The notes: generated by a model from the sequence alone, not told the origin. A DNA stretch of 46,004 nt from Candidatus Fimimonas merdipullorum (GCA_018713905.1 DVOC01000093.1:1-46004), one strand, 5' to 3'; shown: positions 37,043 to 45,493, counted from the stretch's first letter. A program made the numbers and translations.

Positions 37043-37070
37043 CTTAAAACTAACTTAAACAGACCTTAAA
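37043..37070. promoter_or_regulatory. three direct CTTAAA(A/C) repeats at exact 11-bp phasing upstream of the operon promoter
   Basis: CTTAAA occurs at 37043, 37054 and 37065. The repeats lie 60-87 bp beyond the -35 hexamer. The minus strand reads GTTTAAG x3. Confidence 0.45.
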
Positions 37071-37812
37071 CGCATACGCCCGTTCATTTTCCGCGCCTGA
37101 AAAAGTGAAAAAGGGCGTCTGTCCCAGCGCAGGGAAAAATGCGGGGAGAGGCAAATATAAATGCGATATCTGCATTGACTTTTCAATGTATATATTATTA
37201 TGCGCCGCAAAAGCAGGAAGGGAGCGGAAAAAACTTAACTGAACGAGCTGCGAAAGAGCAAGCTGAAAGGCGGTTGAAGGGTAACGGCAAAAGAAACTGA
37301 AAGGGTTCGCCACGAACGTGGATAAAGATCGCAAAGGGTATCCGCCCTTCGATACAGGTTGTGCGGCGAACGGGGAAAGGCAGGCTTGTGCCCTTGGTCG
37401 CCGCGCACGATATACGTCAGGGGCAGGCGAGGATACGTTGCTTGTCGCCAACGCAACTTTTTACACGAACGCCGACAAACGCAAAAATTGCCGCAAAGGG
37501 CGCGTATGCCGGCAAGCCCCCACAAGACGGAGCAAAACAATTACCCCGTTGCGCCACGCATATGCAAAAATCTGCGCAGGGACGAGCCCCAAAGCAGGAT
37601 ATGCCACGCCTTGCGCCATGCATACGCAAGAATATCCCCCCAAACGCAGGCGGACTATTTTTCGTTGCGCGTGTTACGCAAAAGGAACTACCGCCAACGC
37701 CGCGCTTAGGCAAGCGTAAACGTTCTCCTTCCGAGCGTTGCGGCAACGAACGCCCCGTAAGCAACGAAAAAGCGGCACAATGCCGTTAACTGCGCCGCAA
37801 GCAAAACAAGCA

Positions 37813-37843
37813 TACGTATGGCGGCGAGCCGCCGCCATACGTA
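37813..37843. other. perfect 14-bp palindromic hairpin TACGTATGGCGGCG-AGC-CGCCGCCATACGTA
   Basis: It was read directly. It lies just beyond the transketolase terminator, so it may be a second terminator or a protein-binding palindrome. Confidence 0.5.
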
Positions 37844-37850
37844 AAAGAAC

Positions 37851-37879
37851 AAAAAAAAGAGCGGGCAAAAAGCCCGCTC
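37851..37879 (-). terminator. rho-independent terminator of the transketolase genes
   Basis: The minus strand reads GAGCGGGC-TTTTT-GCCCGCTC followed by T8. It lies 25 nt after the stop at 37905. Confidence 0.8.
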
Positions 37880-37904
37880 GTGTGCACAAAACACGCAACC
37901 GTTG

Positions 37905-38831
37905 CTATTTTTTTGCGACAAGGCGCTTTGCACGCTCCACGACGTCGGCGGCGGTAAGACCATAGTCCCGTTTGAGATCGGCAAGGCTGCCCACCTGACT
38001 TATTCTGTCCCTTACCGCTACGGCGTCGCAGGGGACGGGATGGTTTTGCGCCAGCGTTTCGCATACTGCGGAGAACAAACCGCCGTGTATGCTGTGGTTT
38101 TCCACCGTAAGCACCGCGCCCGTCTTTTGGGCGGAAGCTATTATTGCCTGCTCATCCAGCGGCTTTATCGTGTGCACGGCGAGGAAATCCGCCTTTATGC
38201 CCTGCAAGGCAAGCTCCTGCACTGCCTGCTGCGCGTCGAACAGCAAAATACCGCTTGCCACTATCGTCAGGTCGCTGCCGTCGGCAAGCTTGTCCGCCTT
38301 GCCGAAAGTGAAAACGTAGTCCTGCGGGTAAAAGCTCTGCGCCTGCTTGCGCATCATACGCACGTAGACGGAGGTGGGATATGCCGCTATCTGCGGCAGC
38401 GCTTTGGCTATCTGTACGTCGTCCACCACGTCCAGCACCGCCACGTTGGGCAGCGCCCTTACCATTGCCACGTCCTCGAAGCTCATATGTGTGCCGCCGT
38501 TGGTGGTCGCCGTGATGCCGGGATCCCAACCGATGATTTTTACGTTTTGCTCGGAGTAGCTGACGGAAACGGATATCTGGTCGAACACTCTGCGGGTAGA
38601 AAATGGGGCAAAGCTGTGTATGAAGGGCACGAAACCGCTTGCCGCAAGCCCTGCGGCGATACACGTCATGTTTGCCTCGGCTATGCCGCATTCGATACAC
38701 CTGTTCGGAAACTGCGAATACAGGCTCTTTGTGCCGCCCGCGCCCGCAAGGTCGGCGTCCAGCACCGTTATTTTGTCGTTTTGTGCCATAAGGCGGGAAA
38801 GTTCCGCCGCATACGATTTTCTGAGTTCCAT
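37905..38831 (-). CDS. transketolase, C-terminal (pyrimidine-binding + C-terminal domain) subunit, 308 aa
   Basis: The motifs CIECGIAEANMTCIAAGLAASGF.PF and TNGGTHMSFEDVAMVRALPN match the family. It is paired with the N-terminal subunit gene immediately upstream. Confidence 0.92.
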   Translation of the reverse strand: MELRKSYAAELSRLMAQNDKITVLDADLAGAGGTKSLYSQFPNRCIECGIAEANMTCIAAGLAASGFVPFIHSFAPFSTRRVFDQISVSVSYSEQNVKIIGWDPGITATTNGGTHMSFEDVAMVRALPNVAVLDVVDDVQIAKALPQIAAYPTSVYVRMMRKQAQSFYPQDYVFTFGKADKLADGSDLTIVASGILLFDAQQAVQELALQGIKADFLAVHTIKPLDEQAIIASAQKTGAVLTVENHSIHGGLFSAVCETLAQNHPVPCDAVAVRDRISQVGSLADLKRDYGLTAADVVERAKRLVAKK

Positions 38832-38841
38832 TCCTTGCCTC

Positions 38842-39645
38842 CTACTTCAATTCTTCAAGCGCAAGCTTGTACTGCTCGTCGGTGACGGAGGTGCTGTGCA
38901 CCGCCGCGCCCATATTTTCGTAAAAACTTACTCCCTTGCCCTTGACGGTGTCCATAACTATGCAGTGGGGAGCGCCCTTGTGCTTTTTGGCGGCGCATAT
39001 CGCTTCGTCCAACGCACGACAGTCGTGACCGTTGACGCGGCGCGTTTCAAAACCGAAAGCGCGGAATTTTTCCTCCACGTCGCCAAGGTCGCACACTTCC
39101 TTGGTGGCGCCGTCTATCTGCAATTTGTTGCAGTCGACGAACACTACGATATTATCCAGCTTTTTGGCTGCGGCAAACATCGCCGCCTCCCAGTTTTGCC
39201 CTTCCTGCAATTCGCCGTCGCCCACGATGACGTAAACAAAGTGGTCGTCCCCCGAAATTTTCTTGGCAAGGGCAAGTCCGCACGCGCAGGAAAGCCCCTG
39301 TCCGAGGCTGCCCGCCGTCATGTCCACGCCGGGGGTAAGGTTTACGTTGGCGTGGCTGGGCAGACGGGTGCCCAGTTTGTTGAGGGTATCCAGCCACTCC
39401 ATGGGGAAAAAGCCTTTCAGCGCAAGGGTGGCGTACCATGCGGGGCCCGCATGCCCTTTGCTCAGCACAAGGCAATCTCTGTTCGGCTTTTTGGGGTGCG
39501 CCGCGTCCACGTCCATATGGCGGGAATACAGCACCGCCAGCACGTCGGCTATGGAAAGACATCCCCCGACGTGACCGCTGCCCTGACTGTGTATGCAGCG
39601 CAGCGTTTCTCTGCGAATTTGTTTTGCGAATTGTTGCATGTCCAT
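38842..39645 (-). CDS. transketolase, N-terminal (thiamine-diphosphate-binding) subunit, 267 aa
   Basis: The motifs are SGHVGGCLSIADVLAVLY, LSKGHAGPAWYA, GSLGQGLSCACGLAL and VGDGELQEGQNWEA. The RBS is GAGGTG. Confidence 0.92.
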   Translation of the reverse strand: MDMQQFAKQIRRETLRCIHSQGSGHVGGCLSIADVLAVLYSRHMDVDAAHPKKPNRDCLVLSKGHAGPAWYATLALKGFFPMEWLDTLNKLGTRLPSHANVNLTPGVDMTAGSLGQGLSCACGLALAKKISGDDHFVYVIVGDGELQEGQNWEAAMFAAAKKLDNIVVFVDCNKLQIDGATKEVCDLGDVEEKFRAFGFETRRVNGHDCRALDEAICAAKKHKGAPHCIVMDTVKGKGVSFYENMGAAVHSTSVTDEQYKLALEELK

Positions 39646-39675
39646 AAAAATTCACCTCTGAATTTGATTTCAAGT

Positions 39676-41499
39676 TCAGGCAAGGCTGCCCTTTCTGTCG
39701 TGACAGGTGAGGTACAGCACCTGCGTGTTGCCCATACGGGATATTATTTTCGTGGCTCCGTCGAAGTTTTTCTCGTCAAGGTTTACCAATGCGTCGTCTA
39801 AAATAAGCAAAGGCGTTTTTCCCTGGAACAGCAGCTCCGAAAGGGCTATGCGGAAGCACAGCATGACCAGCTCCTGCGTCCCTCGGGAAAATTCCTCTAT
39901 GGGCCTGGTCACGCCTTCCGCCGTCAGGCTTATGCCGAAGTTTCTGTCGGCAACCACTTTGTAATCCTTTTCCAGCACGCCGCAAAGCAGCTGCGTGCAC
40001 CTTTCGCGCAGCACGGGCAGATAACTTGTGGACAAATTGTCCTGCGCTTTGGTCAAAAGATCTGCAACCGTTTGAGCAATTTCGTACCTTCGCTCCGCCT
40101 GCGCAAGTTGTTCCGAAACGTTTTTCAGACTGTCGTACACCTCCGCCACGGGCAGCACGTCGCTTGCCGCGCTGCGCAGATACCCTTCTTCGCGGGCAAG
40201 CTCACGCAGTTTTTCCGCAAGCATTTTGCCCTTTTCGGCGTTTTCCGCCAGCTGCCTTTCCGCCTCTGCCACGTCCCCCTGCGGCACTACAAGCCTGCCC
40301 AGAGCCTCCGCCAGCTTGCGGTCGGAAAGGTATTCGGCATACGCCGCCTGCAGACGCTTTTCCGCCGAGGCGAAATCGCAGTCGTCAAGCTGCACGTGCT
40401 TGGAGGCTATGGTGAAAAACTGTGTGACGAGGTGTTCCTTTTCCCCCGCCTGCAAGGTCACGACGCCGCTTTTTTTGAAGCAGAAGGGAAGACACGCCAG
40501 CCCCGCAGCCACGCCCAAAAGCGTCCACGGCGACAAAAAGCACAGCGCCGCACCCGCCGCCGCCAATATTATTGCCACTACAAGCAGCGGGACGTTTACC
40601 CTACGCTGCGGCTGTGCCGTGTCCGGCGTTGCGGCTATTTCCTCCGCAAGTCGGTCGCACTCCGCCTTGTCTTGGGCAAAATTGCCGTGACGGGATATCT
40701 TTTCCGCAAGCTGCCGCAGTTGAAGCTGGCTTTCCGTCTGTTCCTGCGTGGGGCGAAGACTTGCCGCCTTTACCTGCAAGGCCTCTCTTTCGGCGGCGTT
40801 TTGCCTTTCTTGCCCCTCCAAGGCACGCTTTTCCTCGGCAATTTGCTCCAAGCGCTTTTCCGCCTGAATACGTTTTTCCTCCGCCGCCCTGCGGTTTTGC
40901 GCCTCGGCGTAAAGCTCGCGCTGCCGTTGTTGCAGATGGTAGATCTCGCCGCCGTTGCCCCGCTCGTACCGCAGTTCTTTTTTGTATGCGCGCAGTTTAT
41001 CCATAACGGAATTGAAGTTTTCGGTGTTTTGCACAACCCCCGCAAGACGGGCGCCGAAGTTGTCGTTTGAGGACATTTCCACCGCCTGCTGCGGAAAATA
41101 CGCCGAACGGTCGTAGCTTTCGGCGGTAAGCCCCAGCAGATATTCGCCGGGGGACAAGTCCGTCTGTACGGGAGAGGCGGTATCTTTGAGGTAAAACCGC
41201 AGCACGTCCTCGCGGGAAGTCCTGCCGTAGACGCGCTCTATGACATACACCTTGCCCTGCTCTTCCACCGTCATGGTGCCGCCGACGTTATCGGAAGTGT
41301 TCCACGGTATCCAGCGGGAGAGGGAATATTCCCCCTTGCCGCCCCGTTTCAAGCCGTAGAGCATGGCGCGTATAAAGTTGGCGAGGGTGGTTTTGCCGTA
41401 GCCGTTGCTTTGGCGCAGCACGTTTAGCCCGCCGTTAAGACGCACGTCGGCGTTACGTATTTTCCCAAAGGCATTTACGTGCATGGAAATTATTTTCAT
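39676..41499 (-). CDS. SMC/Rad50/SbcC-like AAA ATPase (YhaN-type) with a central hydrophobic hairpin, 607 aa
   Basis: I chose the start at ATG 41499 (MKIISMHVNAFGKI), 1 nt after the upstream stop, with GGAGAA upstream. Walker A is SNGYGKTT. Two coiled-coil arms are rich in E, R, Q, A and L. The signature-like motif is FSRGTQE. Walker B is LLILDDALVNLD. The H-loop is LTCH. Confidence 0.8.
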   Translation of the reverse strand: MKIISMHVNAFGKIRNADVRLNGGLNVLRQSNGYGKTTLANFIRAMLYGLKRGGKGEYSLSRWIPWNTSDNVGGTMTVEEQGKVYVIERVYGRTSREDVLRFYLKDTASPVQTDLSPGEYLLGLTAESYDRSAYFPQQAVEMSSNDNFGARLAGVVQNTENFNSVMDKLRAYKKELRYERGNGGEIYHLQQRQRELYAEAQNRRAAEEKRIQAEKRLEQIAEEKRALEGQERQNAAEREALQVKAASLRPTQEQTESQLQLRQLAEKISRHGNFAQDKAECDRLAEEIAATPDTAQPQRRVNVPLLVVAIILAAAGAALCFLSPWTLLGVAAGLACLPFCFKKSGVVTLQAGEKEHLVTQFFTIASKHVQLDDCDFASAEKRLQAAYAEYLSDRKLAEALGRLVVPQGDVAEAERQLAENAEKGKMLAEKLRELAREEGYLRSAASDVLPVAEVYDSLKNVSEQLAQAERRYEIAQTVADLLTKAQDNLSTSYLPVLRERCTQLLCGVLEKDYKVVADRNFGISLTAEGVTRPIEEFSRGTQELVMLCFRIALSELLFQGKTPLLILDDALVNLDEKNFDGATKIISRMGNTQVLYLTCHDRKGSLA

Positions 41500-41500
41500 A

Positions 41501-42514
41501 TCACAGTTCTCCGTCCAAGGCTGCAAAGCCGAGGCGCAGCACCTCGTCGCGCCGTTCTTCCGGCAGCTGCATAGCCAGCCTTACAAATTCGCCGCGCAGC
41601 GAAATTTCCTTGGCTACGCGCGCAATATCCACGTCGGGAGCAGTCTTGTCGCTTATGCGCAGGGCGAAAAACCTGCCGTCAAGACGTTCCCTTATCATAC
41701 GCGCGTCCACCGTGCACCGCACCTTACCTTTAAGCGTCAGGTCGAGATAGTTTTGGGGGGAAACGCCGCTGACTGCGTCCATAACCATGCTTTCCGCCTG
41801 CATGGGCGTCTGCGCCGCGGACACGTCCACCGCTATTTTTTCCACACGGCGCAGATAGCTTTCTACAAATTTTATCTGATTTTTGTCCGTATCCAACACC
41901 ACAAAGCCGCTTTTGCCCTCGTCGAAGCCGCGCGCTTCCGGCACGCCGCAGTAGCACGCCCTGACCGTGCCGAAGTTCATGGCGGAAAACTCGTGACGGT
42001 GCCCCAAGGCGACGTAATCTACCTTGCTTGCCGCAATTACCTTTTTATCTATTTTGCCATAGGAGTCGTCGGCAACGTCGCCGTGCAGCACAAGCACGTT
42101 GTAGGTGTCCTTAGGCGGGGAAAATTTTTGCCAATAGACGTCGTCCTTTACCCCCAGCTCTCTGCCGACGATGGTAACTCCGCCACGGGTATAGTAGCTC
42201 CAATCCTCACCGAAAAAGTGGGCGTTGGGGCAGTTTTTCAGCACGTCGTACCCCTTTCCTCCGTGATTGCCGCGCAAAATGAACCACTCCGCCACGGAGG
42301 ATATTATCTGCGCCGTCTGCTTTACCGTTTCCGACGAAACGCTGTTTTCGTCGAACAGGTCGCCCGCCACTATCACCGCCTGCACGCCGTTGTTTTTGGC
42401 GTATTCCGCAACGTTGGAAAGGGCGTGCAAAAGCTCGCGACGACGCAATTTGCCGTCGGCAACGCCCGCGAGGGGCGAATCGAGATGAACGTCTGCCGTA
42501 TGTATTATTTTCAT
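41501..42514 (-). CDS. metallophosphoesterase, SbcD/Mre11-like nuclease (YhaO-type), 337 aa
   Basis: The N-terminus MKIIHTADVHLDSPL matches the family. The motifs GDLFD, LRGNHG and LVLHGDV are also present. The alternative ATG at 42523 adds 3 aa, and the SD spacing is ambiguous between the two starts. Confidence 0.85.
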   Translation of the reverse strand: MKIIHTADVHLDSPLAGVADGKLRRRELLHALSNVAEYAKNNGVQAVIVAGDLFDENSVSSETVKQTAQIISSVAEWFILRGNHGGKGYDVLKNCPNAHFFGEDWSYYTRGGVTIVGRELGVKDDVYWQKFSPPKDTYNVLVLHGDVADDSYGKIDKKVIAASKVDYVALGHRHEFSAMNFGTVRACYCGVPEARGFDEGKSGFVVLDTDKNQIKFVESYLRRVEKIAVDVSAAQTPMQAESMVMDAVSGVSPQNYLDLTLKGKVRCTVDARMIRERLDGRFFALRISDKTAPDVDIARVAKEISLRGEFVRLAMQLPEERRDEVLRLGFAALDGEL

Positions 42515-42538
42515 CGGGCGCATAAACTCCTTTGCAAT

Positions 42539-42567
42539 ATTTTACCACATAGCGGACAAACTTTCAA
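42539..42567 (-). promoter_or_regulatory. promoter of the nuclease/ATPase/transketolase gene string, TTGAAA-17-TAAAAT with TG extension
   Basis: The minus strand reads TTGAAA (42567-42562), a 17-nt spacer ending in TGG, and TAAAAT (42544-42539). Confidence 0.55.
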
Positions 42568-42603
42568 CGCTTTAAGAAATTTTGCCTCGCTAAACTTTTT
42601 CCA

Positions 42604-42628
42604 CAAAAAAACGGCGCAGTCGCGCCGT
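42604..42628 (-). terminator. rho-independent terminator of the MATE gene
   Basis: The minus strand reads ACGGCGC-GACT-GCGCCGT followed by T7. It begins immediately after the stop at 42634. Confidence 0.75.
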
Positions 42629-42633
42629 AAAAA

Positions 42634-44034
42634 TTATTCCGCAGCCACCTGCTCGCTGCGCAGCAATGCCGCCTGTTCTCTCTTGCGGAAAAGCACGCAG
42701 AAGCCGACAAAATGCACCAGAAAGGTTATCACCCACGAAACGGGGTAGGAAATGGCAAGTCCCTGCAAATTGTGCAGCTCCGGCATGGCGAAAAAGGTGT
42801 ATATCCATATTATGCGCACTCCGCACACGCCGCACAGCGAAACTATCGTGGGAGTCAGCGAATACCCCATTCCTCGCAGCGAATAGGCAAACACGTCCAT
42901 AAAGCCGCAGGTAAAGTAAGTGAGGCTTATCAGTATAAGGCGGCTGTATCCCACCTGAATAGCGTCGGGATTGCCTACGTATATGGCGAGCAGCTGTCTG
43001 CCGAACACCGCCACAAGTATACCTCCCGACAGTCCGAAAATGAGCACCAGCAGGGTGGTGTACAGCGCCACTTTTTTGATGTTGCGCCAATTGCCCACGG
43101 CGAAGTTTGCCGAAACGAAGGCAAGGCATGCCTGCGCTACGGAGTTCATCGCCGCATACACAAAGCCCTCAATAGAGGCGGACGCGCCGTTGCCGTCCAT
43201 GGTGATGGTGCCAAGACTGTTTACGCTGGACTGTATGAGCACGTTGGAAATGGAAAATATGGCGCTTTGCACGCCTGCCGGCAAGCCTATGCGCACTATC
43301 TCGCCCGCTTCCTTGCCGTAAAAGCGCAGCTGTTTGAAGGACAGGCGGAAAAACCCTTTGTTTTTTGCCATGCACACCACTATGCACACGGCGGACACCG
43401 CCTGCGAAATTATGGTGGCGAGAGCGACGCCCGCTACGTCCATACGGAAAACGATGACGAACAGCAGGTTGAGCCCCACGTTGATGACTCCCGCGGCAGC
43501 CAGAAAATAGAAGGGACGCTTGGTGTCGCCCACGGCGCGCATAAGGGAGGAACCGAAGTTGTAGATAAGGGTGAAGGGCAGACCGCAAAAGTATATGGCA
43601 AGGTATTGCGTGGAAAGATCTATAACGTCGTCGGTGGTATTCATCCAACGCAGGAAATACCGCGAGCACAGCGCCCCGAAAACACCCAGCACCACGCCTA
43701 TCACTACCGACATTATCATGGCGGTGCTTACCACGCGCTGCGCCTTTTCCTGCTGCTTTGCGCCGAAGCAACGCGCCATAAGCACGTTTGCGCCCACGCT
43801 CAGCCCCATAAACAGCTGTATTATGAGGTTTATCAGCGAATTGGTTGCGGAAATTGCGCCCACGGAGTGTTCCGAGCCGAACTGTCCGCACACTATCAGG
43901 TCGGCGGCGTTATACAGCAGCTGCAACACGCTGGAAAAAATTATGGGAACGGAAAACACAAGTATCTTTTTGAACAGGTTTCCCGAAGTCATGTCTATTT
44001 CGTTTTTGTTTATGCCTTTCGCCTTTGCTATCAT
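42634..44034 (-). CDS. MATE family efflux transporter (466 aa)
   Basis: The N-terminal LFKKILVFSVPIIFSSVLQLLYNAADLIVCGQ is typical of MATE proteins. About 12 hydrophobic segments are present. The start is set at ATG 44034 because a good promoter lies inside the longer track ORF (to 44139). Confidence 0.88.
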   Translation of the reverse strand: MIAKAKGINKNEIDMTSGNLFKKILVFSVPIIFSSVLQLLYNAADLIVCGQFGSEHSVGAISATNSLINLIIQLFMGLSVGANVLMARCFGAKQQEKAQRVVSTAMIMSVVIGVVLGVFGALCSRYFLRWMNTTDDVIDLSTQYLAIYFCGLPFTLIYNFGSSLMRAVGDTKRPFYFLAAAGVINVGLNLLFVIVFRMDVAGVALATIISQAVSAVCIVVCMAKNKGFFRLSFKQLRFYGKEAGEIVRIGLPAGVQSAIFSISNVLIQSSVNSLGTITMDGNGASASIEGFVYAAMNSVAQACLAFVSANFAVGNWRNIKKVALYTTLLVLIFGLSGGILVAVFGRQLLAIYVGNPDAIQVGYSRLILISLTYFTCGFMDVFAYSLRGMGYSLTPTIVSLCGVCGVRIIWIYTFFAMPELHNLQGLAISYPVSWVITFLVHFVGFCVLFRKREQAALLRSEQVAAE

Positions 44035-44061
44035 ACGTATTTTTTCCTTTTCAGCCAAGGT

Positions 44062-44090
44062 ATTATATACCCAAACACGGTTAAACACAA
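44062..44090 (-). promoter_or_regulatory. candidate MATE promoter, TTGTGT-17-TATAAT
   Basis: The minus strand reads TTGTGT (44090-44085), a 17-nt spacer and TATAAT (44067-44062). The -10 is good and the -35 is weak. Confidence 0.4.
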
Positions 44091-44380
44091 TTGTTTTACG
44101 GCAGGTTTTGCAAATTATTATGGTAGTCGTCAGATGCAAAAACGGATTTTGCTTTATCCGCTTGTTTTTACGCCCCTTGTTTGGTGACGACCACGTGCAA
44201 AGAGTAAAAGACGCAAAAGGGCAAAGAACGTAGTATAGACGTCGGACAAAACAAAGTCAAAACAGCAGGAAAGCGTGGGGAGCGTGGCACAATCATGCAG
44301 GCAACGGAATGGACAAAGGCGCTTGAAGTAACGGAGTTTTCGCCTTGACGCAAATACAATGTCCGCTCTGCAGCCGCAAG

Positions 44381-44471
44381 CCGCCGCTCCGCACGAGAAA
44401 GTGCGTATATATATGGATAACAACTTGACATTGCAAACGCTGCAAACCGCCGCTCCGCGCGAGAAAGTGCG
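44381..44471. repeat. two 25-bp direct repeats CCGCCGCTCCGC(A/G)CGAGAAAGTGCG, 66 bp apart, in the MATE/AraC divergent region
   Basis: The copies lie at 44381-44405 and 44447-44471 and differ by one mismatch. Each contains a CGCAC-GAGAAA-GTGCG mini-hairpin. Confidence 0.8.
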
Positions 44472-44586
44472 AAACACCGCAGCGAACGCGCCTCTCCGCA
44501 AAGGCTATTCTGCTTCGCGGGGAAGGCGCATAATCGGCGTGAAGGGCGACAGATTATTTATACGTTGCCCAAAAGGGGCAAAATCG

Positions 44587-44615
44587 TTTACAATTTCCCG
44601 ACGGGGATATATAAT
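44587..44615 (+). promoter_or_regulatory. promoter of the AraC-family gene, TTTACA-17-TATAAT
   Basis: It was read directly: TTTACA at 44587-44592 and TATAAT at 44610-44615. Confidence 0.55.
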
Positions 44616-44649
44616 TTAACGTAACTAACACGATACTGTGGAGAAAAAC

Positions 44650-45459
44650 ATGCGCAAAACGGATATTATGAACGACAACACCCTTAAAGCCAAGGGAGAA
44701 TGGGCGCAGTACCACGTGGTGACGGCAAAGGACGCGCCTCCCTTTTGCCCCGTGCGGTGGCACGAGGAGGCAGAGGCGTTGCGCGTTCTGGAAGGAGAGG
44801 GAGCGCTGTATGCCGACGGAGTTAAGTATCCTTTGAAAAAGGGAGACTGCGCGGTGATTCTGCCCTTTGTTATGCACAGCATTGAGGGGAACGGAAACTT
44901 TTGCTTTGAGGCAATAATAATAGACGTGCGCGCCGCGGGAGAAAGAGAGGAAAAGGTGCGTTCGCAGGCACATCTGCTTAACGGCGGAGGCAAAAGCGCA
45001 CTGTGCCGCGGCATGGACGAGGCCTTTGACGATATCAAGTGCGCCCTTATCAACGCCCGTCCCCTTTCCGCAACGCCCCTGCTGCAACAAATGTGCGATC
45101 TGCCCGCCGCAGAGGGGTGTTCGGCGCGACAGCTGCATGCCGTAAGACAGGCGGCGGCGTTTATTTCGGAGCACTACCGCAGCCGCATAACGGTGAAGGA
45201 CGTGGCGGCAGCTTGCGGTTACAGCGAGTTTTACACCATGAAGCTGTTTGCGCGGTGTACGGGTAGCAGCTGCGTGGACTATCTGAACAACGTGCGCCTG
45301 ACGGCGGCAGCCGCAGCGCTTTGCACGGGCGGAAAAATTGCCGACGCCGCACGCGACGCGGGATTCAACAATATTTCCTACTTCAACAAACAGTTCAAAA
45401 GACTTTTCGGCAAAACGCCGGGGCAGTATCGCAACGTGAAAAAAGCGCAACAACCGTAA
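44650..45459 (+). CDS. AraC family transcriptional regulator (cupin sensor + HTH), 269 aa
   Basis: I prefer the ATG at 44650 (GGAGA 5 nt upstream) to the GTG at 44638. The C-terminal ITVKDVAAACGYSEFYTMKLFAR...AARDAGFNNISYFNKQFKRLFGKTPGQYR is a typical AraC double HTH. Confidence 0.88.
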   Translation: MRKTDIMNDNTLKAKGEWAQYHVVTAKDAPPFCPVRWHEEAEALRVLEGEGALYADGVKYPLKKGDCAVILPFVMHSIEGNGNFCFEAIIIDVRAAGEREEKVRSQAHLLNGGGKSALCRGMDEAFDDIKCALINARPLSATPLLQQMCDLPAAEGCSARQLHAVRQAAAFISEHYRSRITVKDVAAACGYSEFYTMKLFARCTGSSCVDYLNNVRLTAAAAALCTGGKIADAARDAGFNNISYFNKQFKRLFGKTPGQYRNVKKAQQP

Positions 45460-45464
45460 GGCTG

Positions 45465-45493
45465 TTGACGAAAAGGCGAAAATGAGATATAAT
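45465..45493 (+). promoter_or_regulatory. orphan near-consensus promoter, TTGACG-17-TATAAT
   Basis: TTGACG lies at 45465-45470 and TATAAT at 45488-45493. No credible ORF follows. The next recognisable elements are the tRNA-like segments ~250 nt downstream. Confidence 0.5.

Noticed and set aside
36904-37900. An invertible (phase-variable) promoter switch upstream of the surface-protein operon.
   Set aside because: I looked for flanking inverted repeats and found only 8-9-bp matches, for example GTAACGGCA at 37281 versus TGCCGTTAAC at 37781. No recombinase gene is nearby.
37050-38064. A pile-up of 60-142-aa ORFs in all six frames, considered as possible small genes.
   Set aside because: None has an SD or a protein-like composition. 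They are extremely basic and low in complexity, and they overlap one another. The stop-codon depletion itself is reported as a finding instead.
39676-42523. The nuclease + SMC-like ATPase pair considered as an anti-phage defence system (Lamassu- or Gabija-like).
   Set aside because: The domain order and N-terminal motifs fit the housekeeping YhaO/YhaN (SbcD/SbcC-like) repair pair. The genes are apparently co-transcribed with transketolase. There are no other defence genes or mobile-element markers nearby. This is retained only as a structural oddity.
44554-45453. A 299-aa minus-strand ORF opposite the AraC gene.
   Set aside because: It is an antisense shadow of a gene with an unmistakable AraC HTH. 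Its composition is Arg/Ala/His-rich and it has no RBS.
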